From: Eledone cirrhosa
Taxonomy: Eukaryota
Assembly: GCA_964016885.1 (NCBI GenBank)
Contig: OZ024748.1
Span: 43,462,001-43,526,000 of the forward strand
Length of the DNA stretch: 64,000 nucleotides
Reading direction: 5' to 3'
Part shown: positions 50,402-61,336 of the stretch, in pieces
Numbering within the stretch: the first letter of the stretch is position 1
Layout: the number at the start of each line of letters is the position of its first letter
The notes under the pieces: model-generated
What the model was told of the DNA's origin: nothing
Seen by the model: only the letters and a program-made list of their open reading frames with translations
Databases searched by the model: none
Position numbers and translations under genes: made by a program

Positions 50402-50450
50402 GTCCTAATATTTCAGGACTGAAAATTCCCTTCATCAGAGTATAAGGGAC
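50402..50450 (-). ncRNA. Degenerate minimal hammerhead-like motif
   Basis: The minus strand reads CTGATGA-AGGGAATTTTCAGTCCT-GAAA-TATT. The core boxes and a short stem II are present. Stems I and III are weak. Confidence 0.35.
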
Positions 50451-50606
50451 TTTGTTCTGTTTCATTTGTCATCACCCTTTATATATTTCTACTCCATTAT
50501 ACCGGCTTTCTGAAACTTATCAGTCTTTTATTACATATTTCACAATGCTTCGTATTAACTAAATGTTTCTTAATTTTGATTGTAATTTTTATTTTTATTT
50601 TTACAG

Positions 50607-50660
50607 TCTCGTTTAATGAATGACACATGGAGCTCTGAAGAACTGAAACATGCTCTGAAG
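50607..50660 (+). CDS. DYNC2I1: Coding exon 2 (SRLMNDTWSSEELKHALK), WDR60/DYNC2I1-like
   Basis: Strong acceptor TTTTTATTTTTACAG, donor AAG|GTCTGT, 54 nt, phase 0-0, open frame. Aligns without gaps to the recalled human [18 protein letters not shown], with DTW and both L residues in register. Confidence 0.7.
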
Positions 50661-51416
50661 GTCTGTATTATAATATTTCAGGTCTATTACCCTCTTTTCA
50701 AATGTGGGACTGAAACAGTTCAAAGCAAGATGAAAGATTTATGTGTTATTAGTAAAATATATTTCCTATGAGTGAATGTAGTTATCTAAATAAAAGTCTC
50801 CTTTTAATCATCTTTACTTGTGTAAAGTTTTAGTTTTGGTCTTGATACTCCAAGGACAGAGTCTATTTTGTTAGACATTGTCACCCCAAATAGACCAGCA
50901 GTACTCATTGTAGAGGTCGAAACTTTAAATGTTCATTTTACCAGCTGATGTCCACAGAATTTTGTATATCAGTTCTACAATGATGCTATTAGGCAAATAC
51001 TCAAGTTTCGGCCTAATACCAACTCATTCAGTTTGCCATTTTTAAATGTATTGTCAGTGAATGATAGTTTTTGGTACAAATGAAAGCATTTTATTTTTTT
51101 GTCTTACATTTGAGTTCCATGAATTTTAGATAAAAAGTTTAGAATGATTTTAATGAATTTTAGCATTTGTGTGTGACAGACGGACACAAAGTTTGTATAT
51201 TTATTATAATATAGATTGTTTGTATCCTGTCAGTGTGTTACACAGTTTCTGTTCTGGTTCTTTCTATGTGTAATATGTGTTAATGACTTAAGAATATTTC
51301 TATTGCCAGGATGATGCAAAGAAAGGGACAAGTGAAAGGTCAGCTTCCAAAAGTAGAAGACATAATAAAGATAAGGTAAATAGTTCTTTTGTTTTTTTTT
51401 ACAATGGTTGACTGAC

Positions 51417-51545
51417 GGGCTTCTGAGCAGTTTCTGTCTACCAAAGTTCACCTTACAAGTCATTAGTCAACCTGAGGCTACAGTAGGTGCCATATAGTGG
51501 GACTGAACCTAAAAACCCTTTCATCACAGTCATATGTCTACCTAT
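51417..51545 (-). mobile_element. Decayed tRNA-derived SINE fragment
   Basis: B-box-like GGTTCAGTCCC on the minus strand (~51499-51509). The body resembles an abundant octopus SINE as I recall it. Confidence 0.5.
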
Positions 51546-51550
51546 ACTAT

Positions 51551-51765
51551 ATCATCATCATCATCATCCAGTTTTTGATTATGCAGGACACAATTAAGCC
51601 CGAAGTAGAGGTGAGTCCTACCTGACAACGATCCTTTGCAACCCATTCCATGTGTTTCTGTCTCACTTAGGCCAGGCCAAGCCTAGCTTAATCCCGACAG
51701 ACATCCTCCATCCAAAGTCCTTTTTGGTCTTCCTGGTCTTCTACTGCCTTTTGGGTTGACATTCA
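51551..51765 (-). mobile_element. RTE-like LINE 3' fragment
   Basis: The minus strand encodes VNPKGSRRPGRPKRT (GRP-x-TW-type motif) and ends in a (GAT)n tail, seen as (CAT)n at 51551-51568. Confidence 0.6.
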
Positions 51766-51770
51766 TCATT

Positions 51771-52575
51771 TATTGATCCAATATTGTAAAACCCCTTCAT
51801 TACGTTGTCGTGTCTTACCTGTATTATATTGATCCAATATTGTAAAACCCCTTCATTACGTTGTTGTGTCTTACCTGTATTATATTGATCCAATATTGTA
51901 AAACCCCTTCATTACGTTGTTGTGTCTTACCTGTATTATATTGATCCAATATTGTAAAACCCCTTCATTACGTTGTCGTGTCTTACCTGTATTATATTGA
52001 TCCAATATTGTAAAACCCCTTCATTACGTTGTTGTGTCTTACCTGTATTATATTGATCCAATATTGTAAAACCCCTTCATTACGTTGTCGTGTCTTACCT
52101 GTATTATATTGATCCAATATTGTAAAACCCCTTCATTACGTTGTTGTGTCTTACCTGTATTATATTGATCCAATATTGTAAAACCCCTTCATTACGTTGT
52201 CGTGTCTTACCTGTATTATATTGATCCAATATTGTAAAACCCCTTCATTACGTTGTTGTGTCTTACCTGTATTATATTGATCCAATATTGTAAAACCCCT
52301 TCATTACGTTGTTGTGTCTTACCTGTATTATATTGATCCAATATTGTAAAACCCCTTCATTACGTTGTCGTGTCTTACCTGTATTATATTGATCCAATAT
52401 TGTAAAACCCCTTCATTACGTTGTCGTGTCTTACCTGTATTATATTGATCCAATATTGTAAAACCCCTTCATTACGTTGTCGTGTCTTACCTGTATTATA
52501 TTGATCCAATATTGTAAAACCCCTTCATTACGTTGTTGTGTCTTACCTGTATTATATTGATCAAATATTGTAAAA
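51771..52575. repeat. 56-bp minisatellite, about 14.4 nearly identical copies
   Basis: Unit TATTGATCCAATATTGTAAAACCCCTTCATTACGTTGT(C/T)GTGTCTTACCTGTATTA. Confidence 0.97.
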
Positions 52576-52588
52576 TTTTCACTTTTAG

Positions 52589-52675
52589 ACTGAAAAAAAA
52601 GACCGAACAGAAATAAAGACGGAACATGGAAAAGAAAAAGATTATACTATGAAAAGACAAGAATTACTTAAAGAA
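52589..52675 (+). CDS. Coding exon 3 (TEKKDRTEIKTEHGKEKDYTMKRQELLKE)
   Basis: Acceptor TTTTCACTTTTAG, donor GAA|GTAAGA, 87 nt, phase 0-0, open, purine-rich. The charged peptide fits the K/E/R-rich WDR60 N-terminus. Confidence 0.7.
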
Positions 52676-52827
52676 GTAAGATGTCAACTTTTTTGTTTTG
52701 TTTTATTATTGTTTGTTGTTCTTGTTTATTCTTCTTTAGAAATTCTTTCTAATTTTTGCCTTTTTTTTTCTCTTCATCAAAATTGGAAGTCTTGTGGCAA
52801 CATCTTTCTAATTCCTGTTTTTTTCTC

Positions 52828-53381
52828 TAGAAATATGGTAATGAAAGGGTTAATGACATAGGTAGTGTCTTTCATTAGAAATATGGTAATGAAAGGGTTA
52901 ATGACATAGACAGTGTCTTTCATTAGAAATAGGGTAATGAAAGGGTTAATGACATAGGTAGTGTCTTTAATTAGAAATATGATAATGAAAGGGTTAAAGA
53001 CATAGGTAGTGTCTTTCATTAGAAATATGATAATGAAAGGGTTAAAGACATAGGTAGTGTCTTTCATTAGAAATATGGTAATGAAAGGGTTAATGACATA
53101 GGTAGTGTCTTTAATTAGAAATATGGTAATGAAAGGGTTAAAGACATAGGTAGTGTCTTTCATTAGAAATATGGTAATGAAAGGGTTAATGACATAGACA
53201 GTGTCTTTCATTAGAAATATGGTAATGAAAGGGTTAAAGACATAGGTAGTGTCTTTCATTAGAAATAGGGTAATGAAAGGGTTAATGACATAGGCAGTGT
53301 CTTTCATTAGAAATATGGTAATGAAACGGTTAAAGACATAGACAGTGTCTTTCGTTAGAAATATGGTAATGAAAGGGTTAA
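52828..53381. repeat. 48-bp minisatellite, about 11.5 copies
   Basis: Unit TTAGAAATATGGTAATGAAAGGGTTAA(T/A)GACATAGGTAGTGTCTTTCA. The array ends at AAAGGGTTAA. Confidence 0.95.
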
Positions 53382-53572
53382 AAAGTGGATATATTTTGAA
53401 CTTTTTATGATGCATAAAATAACTAAACACCTGTAATACACAGTTAAACACTAAACTAGAACATGTTCAGTATGAAAGCTTTCTAAACACATATATAGCC
53501 TCTTTCTCAGTTTCATATTGTACAATAATTCAAGCAAACTATCACAGCTTCTGATTCTATATTTTCACACAG

Positions 53573-53653
53573 GAAGAAACGGAGAGGCTACAGTTGAAGG
53601 ATGAAAGGAAAGCCAAAAGAGAAGCTTCAAAACTAAAGTCTCTTGGTTATAAA
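53573..53653 (+). CDS. Coding exon 4 (EETERLQLKDERKAKREASKLKSLGYK)
   Basis: Acceptor TATTTTCACACAG, donor AAA|GTAAGA, 81 nt, phase 0-0, open frame. No further exon was recognised before the window end. Confidence 0.7.
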
Positions 53654-53806
53654 GTAAGACAGAGTTTTATTCAAAGAATTATGTGAAGTAGGTTTACATA
53701 TAAATGTATTTAGCAAAATATTATCAGTAGCTCCAGCTAAAACCTGTACAGTTTGTATACATATATAAGTTTATAGAATACTTCAACTGCTTAATGTAAA
53801 ATATAA

Positions 53807-53937
<131 letters not shown>

Positions 53938-54001
53938 AAGTGTCAGTAATTAACCAACACATACTCAAATTAATATATACACACATATGTATTTATATAT
54001 A

Positions 54002-55119
54002 CTCAGTGTGTAGGAAAGGAGTAGGTAGAAATTCCATTTTATGTCCCAAATGCAAAGTATGGGTACATAAAAGATGTAGTGGGATCACAGGTAAACTATC
54101 TAAGAACGTAGACTTTATATGTGGCCAATGCTCAGGTGCAATAAGTAGCAAGTGTCCAAAGGATACTAGCTCCTTCTCTTGCCCAGATGGTTCTATAGAA
54201 ATAGTAGACACTTTCTGTTACCTGGGTGACGAAATCAGCAGTGGTGGAGGGTGTTCTGAAAGTACAGTAGCCAGAGTCAGAACGGGATGGAAAAAGTTCA
54301 GAGAGCTTGTATGGCAGATTGTATGATGCCTGTATACGAACAGCAATGCTACATGGCAGTGACACATGGGCATTACATGCAGAGGACCTGCGTAGAAAGG
54401 AAAGGAACGGAGCATGCATGCTCAGTTGGATGTGTAATAGTAATATACGTGAATGGCAAAGCATAAATGAACTAAGTGAGAAATTAGGAATAAGAGGGAT
54501 CAGATGCTGTTTACTTGAAAGAAGACTACGTTGGTATGGTCACGTGATGCGCATGAAAGATGACAGCTGCATAAAAGAGTGCAGGGCGATCAAAATTGAT
54601 GGTAGCTACGGAGTAGGTAGACCCAGAAAAACCTGGGATGATCTGATAAATTCCAACCTCACACAATTACATCTCTCTAAGACAATGTCTCTGGACCGAG
54701 ACTTTTGGTGCTACGCAGTAATACAGAAGACCCGCCTTGCCTATGTACAAAGCGAAACCTACAGTCAGTAGGCACCTCTTAACCAAATATACACCCCAAT
54801 CTACTACCCCTACCCTATCCTCCCACTCCCACGAACAGCACGAGATAATTAGATCAAGTTCGTGTAGGTGTCACGAAAAAAAATACACACAGTCCACGCT
54901 GTAATGTGGCCGTGTAGGTAACACGGTAAAAAGTTCCCAGTTCCACACTGTAAATGTGGTTGGTGTTAGGGAGGGCATCCAGCTGTAGAAAACCTGCCAG
55001 ATAGTCCTATATGAGCGAGACACGGTCACCCGACCAGCCTTGCCTCAAGTGGGACAACTCCCATCTAACCCATGCTAGCGTGGAAACGGACGTTAAACGA
55101 AGATGATGATGAGGATGAT
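54002..55119 (+). mobile_element. 5'-truncated RTE-like LINE: ORF2 C-terminus with PHD-like finger, 3'UTR and (GAT)n tail
   Basis: Encodes [54 protein letters not shown] and GRPRKTW. A frameshifting deletion near 54308 is seen relative to the copy at 56298-57272. Confidence 0.9.
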
Positions 55120-55660
55120 ATATATATATGGTATGTATGTGTATATATGTATATATATATATATGTGTTTATATATGTATATATATATATATGTGTGTGT
55201 GTGTGTATGTATGTGTATATATGTATATATATATATATATATGTGTGTGTGTAAGTGTATATATATGTATATGTATGTATATATATGTATATATATGTAT
55301 ATGTGTATATATGCGTATATATATATGTATATATATATCATCATCATCATCATCATTTAACGTCCATCTTCCACGCTAGCTTGGGTTTGGAATATATGTA
55401 TGTATATATTTATATGTTTATGTATATATATATATGTGTAAATATGTACATATATGAGTATGTGTATATATATGTGTATATATGTGTGTGTATATGTATA
55501 TATATATATATATAACGGAAGAAATGTGGTAAGGAACCAGGTGGACCATAACGCACCAAAGTACTCAATACTTAGGGTAGTAGAGTGGGTAATAGGAACG
55601 AATTAGTCCAGAATTAGCCGTCGAAACGGCTTGAGCTCAGCCGTCGGGGTCTTACTGGTT

Positions 55661-55717
<57 letters not shown>

Positions 55718-56009
55718 GTGTGTGTATATATGTCCATATATGTGTATATGAGTGTATGTATGTGTATACATGTGTGTGTATATGTATATATGTATATATA
55801 TATATGTGTGTATATGTGTATATATGTATATATATATATATATGTATATGTATGTATGTGTATATATATATGTGTATATATATATGTATGTGTATATATA
55901 TATATATGTATATATATACATGTATGTATGTATGTGGATCCCACAACTTACCGTGGATATCTCTGTGTATATATATATATGTATATGTGTGTATGTGTGT
56001 ATATGTATT

Positions 56010-56068
<59 letters not shown>

Positions 56069-56297
56069 ATGTATATGTATATATGTGTTTATATGTGTAT
56101 GTCATCATCATCATCATCGTTTAACGTCCATCTTCCACACTAGCATGGGTTTGGACAGGAATTTTCCAACTTGAGGCAAGATTTGTTGTCTTGCTCGTAT
56201 AGGACTGTCTGGCGGGTTTTCTACGGCTGGATGCCCTTCCTAACACCAACCACGTTTTCATGTATATGTATATATGTGTGTGTATATGTATATATGT
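55120..56297. repeat. TA/TG microsatellite field with embedded short LINE 3' ends
   Basis: (TA)/(TG) runs. Minus-strand RTE tail fragments at ~55338-55391 and ~56101-56260 begin (CAT)n..TTTAACGTCC. Confidence 0.9.
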
Positions 56298-57272
56298 GTC
56301 ATCATCATCATCATCAACGTTTAACGTCCGTGTTCCACGCTTGCATGGGTTTGGACGGGGGTAGTCCCACTTGAGGCAAGAGTGATTGTCTTGCTCGCAT
56401 AGGACTGTCTGGCAGGTTTTCTACAGTTGGATGCCCTTCCTAACACCAACCACATTTACAGTGTGGGTCTGGGAGGTTTTTACCGTGTTGCCTACACGGC
56501 CACATTACAGCGTGGACTGTGTGTTTTTTTGTCGTGACACCTACACGATCTCATTTGTTTCGGCCTGGATGGCGCGGCACCAACATAACTTTACATAGAA
56601 CGGGGTGGTGTGGATGGGGTGGGGGTGGGACGGGGTGTATTTTGTTAGAGATGCCTACTGGCTGGAGTAGGTTTTACTATATATTTAGGTAAGGCGGGTC
56701 TTCTCTGTTACTGAGTACCGCCAAAGGTCTCGGTCCAGTGACATTGTCTTGGAGAGGTGTAAGTGTGTGATGTCGGAGTTTATCAGCTCGTCCCATGTTT
56801 TTCTAGGTCTGCCTATTCCGTGACTACCGTCTATCTTTATTGCCCTGCACTTTGTTATACAGCTATCGACTTTCATGCGCATCACGTGTCCATACCAACG
56901 TAGCCTTCTCTCGAGTAAACAACATCTGATCCCTCTTATCTCTAATTTTTTCCTTAGTTCGTTTATGCTTTGCCGTTCACGTATATTACTGTTACACATC
57001 CAGCGGAGCATGCAAGCTTCGTTCCTCTCTAGTCTGCGTATATCCTCTGCACACAATGCCCAGGTCTCACTGCCATGCAGCATTGCTGTTCGTATGCAGG
57101 CATCGTACAACCTGCCTTTCATTTTTAGGGAGAACCCTTTAGCAGCTAATAGTGGTATAAGCTCTCTGAACTTTTTCCAACCAGTTCTGACTCTAGCTAC
57201 AGTACTTTCAGAGCACCCTCCCCCACTGCTGATTTTATCGCCCAGGTAACGGAAGCTGTCCACTATTTCTAT
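56298..57272 (-). mobile_element. 5'-truncated RTE-like LINE, same family as 54002-55119, opposite orientation
   Basis: Open frame [43 protein letters not shown] (stop at 56685), then 3'UTR and (GAT)n tail. Confidence 0.92.
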
Positions 57273-57433
57273 ATACATGCATATATATATATATATATGC
57301 ATATATATATATATATATATATATGCATATATATATATATATATGCATATATATATATATATATATATATGCATATATATATATATACATGCATATATAT
57401 ATATATATATATATGCATATATATATATATACA

Positions 57434-57470
<37 letters not shown>

Positions 57471-57554
57471 GCATATATATATGCATATATATATATATGC
57501 ATGTATATATACATGTATATATATATATATGCATATATATATATATATGCATAT
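57273..57554. repeat. (TA)n microsatellite punctuated by TGCA/CATG
   Basis: Directly visible. Confidence 0.95.
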
Positions 57555-57589
57555 ATATAAGATCAAAAGATGGTTAAAGGAGTTCCATA

Positions 57590-57660
57590 TATTTTATTAT
57601 GCGCATTTCAAAAACAAACATCATCAAGCAATAATATTTGTGTTTTCATCAGATAAAACA
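57590..57660 (-). ncRNA. Minimal type I hammerhead ribozyme (mirror copy)
   Basis: Exact reverse complement of 57805-57875. Confidence 0.72.
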
Positions 57661-57804
57661 GGAGAACATGATATGAAGGCTAAAAAACACTTGTTGATAG
57701 TGCAGTTTTAAATCAACATATATACATACATATATATATACATATATGTTGATTTAAAACTGCACTATCAACAAGTGTTTTTTAGCCTTCATATCATGTT
57801 CTCC

Positions 57805-57875
57805 TGTTTTATCTGATGAAAACACAAATATTATTGCTTGATGATGTTTGTTTTTGAAATGCGCATAATAAAATA
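57805..57875 (+). ncRNA. Minimal type I hammerhead ribozyme
   Basis: Stem I TGTTTTAT/ATAAAATA. CTGATGA at 57813-57819. Stem II at 57820-57855 (AAACACAAATATTATT-GCTT-GATGATGTTTGTTTTT, 15/16 paired including G-U). GAAA at 57856-57859. Palindromic stem III ATGCGCAT. NUH triplet AUA, with predicted cleavage after 57867. Confidence 0.75.
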
Positions 57876-57998
57876 TATGGAACTCCTTTAACCATCTTTT
57901 GATCTTATATTATGCATACTCCAGTCCCACAAACTGTAGAGTGCTTCTTATCCGATATCTGCATTGCTTTATTGTACTACAATAAAACTCACCTCCTA

Positions 57999-60269
<2,271 letters not shown>

Positions 60270-60272
60270 CCT

Positions 60273-60472
60273 GAAGGCGTGTAGCTGAGTGGTTAGAGAA
60301 TTGGCTTCGCAGTCGTGAGGTTGTGAGTTCGATTCCTGGACCAGGTGATGTGTTATGTCCTTGAGCAAGACACTTTATTTCACGTTGCTCCTACCTGGAG
60401 TTGCGACCGATAGATAGTATTAGCAACTGGAAAGACCAACGGAAACATTGTTCCCTCGGTCCGATGTGACGA
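60273..60472 (+). mobile_element. tRNA-derived SINE
   Basis: A box TAGCTGAGTGG (60282-60292) and B box AGTTCGATTCC (60326-60336), then a CORE-like TGTCCTTGAGCAAGACACTT. There is no tRNA acceptor stem. Confidence 0.85.
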
Positions 60473-60473
60473 A

Positions 60474-60498
60474 ATATATATACATGCATATATATACA

Positions 60499-60560
<62 letters not shown>

Positions 60561-60958
60561 TGCATGTATATATATATGTACATGCATATATATATATATA
60601 TATATATATGTACATGCATATATATATATATATATATGTACATGCATATATATATATATATGTACATGCATATATATATATATATGTACATGCATATATA
60701 TATATATATGTACATGCATATATATATATATAGGCATGTATATATATATATGTGTGTATATATATATGTATGTGTATGTATGTATGTGTATATATATATA
60801 TATATCTATATGTATATATATATATATATACGTATATATATATATGTGTGTATATATGTATATATATGTGTATATATGTGTGTATGTGTATGTATATATA
60901 TATATATGTGTATACATATATGTGTGTGTATATATATATATATATATATGTATATACT

Positions 60959-61008
<50 letters not shown>

Positions 61009-61038
61009 AGTATATATATATATATATATGTATATACT

Positions 61039-61089
<51 letters not shown>

Positions 61090-61219
61090 ATGTGTATATA
61101 TATGTATATGTGTATATATATATTTATTTGTATATATATTTGTGTATGTGTATTCATGTATTTTGTATATGTGTATATATCTGTAGATGTGTTTGTATAT
61201 GTTTGTATTTGTGTATATT

Positions 61220-61274
<55 letters not shown>

Positions 61275-61325
61275 ATATGTATACATATATATATATATAT
61301 ATGTGTGTGTGTGTTTGTATGTGTA
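60474..61325. repeat. TA/TG/TGTACATGCA microsatellite field
   Basis: Directly visible. Confidence 0.95.
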
Positions 61326-61336
61326 GTAATATTTCA

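Larger units (their letters stand above)
50267..50731. repeat. 59-bp inverted repeat bracketing coding exon 2
   Basis: Arms 50267-50325 and 50673-50731 are reverse-complementary at 53/59 positions by manual alignment. Confidence 0.9.
57555..57910. repeat. Perfect long palindrome (169-bp arms, 18-bp spacer), probably an inverted Penelope-like terminal repeat
   Basis: 57555-57723 is the reverse complement of 57742-57910 with no mismatch found by eye. The spacer is TA/CA. The right arm continues in non-microsatellite sequence to ~57998, including AATAAA at 57981. Confidence 0.93.

Noticed and set aside
52815-52860. Strong acceptor-like TTTTTTTCTCTAG at the start of the 48-bp array as another exon
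   Set aside because: The stronger nearby donors give 7- or 31-nt frame-breaking exons, the 18-nt option has a weak donor, and read-through hits TAG.
52777-53451. 224-aa hydrophobic repeat ORF (INPFITIFLMKDTTYV)
   Set aside because: It is the translation of the 48-bp minisatellite, antisense within an intron, with no other coding evidence.
60273-60345. Functional tRNA gene
   Set aside because: A and B boxes are present but there is no acceptor stem or clean cloverleaf, and the sequence continues into a SINE body.
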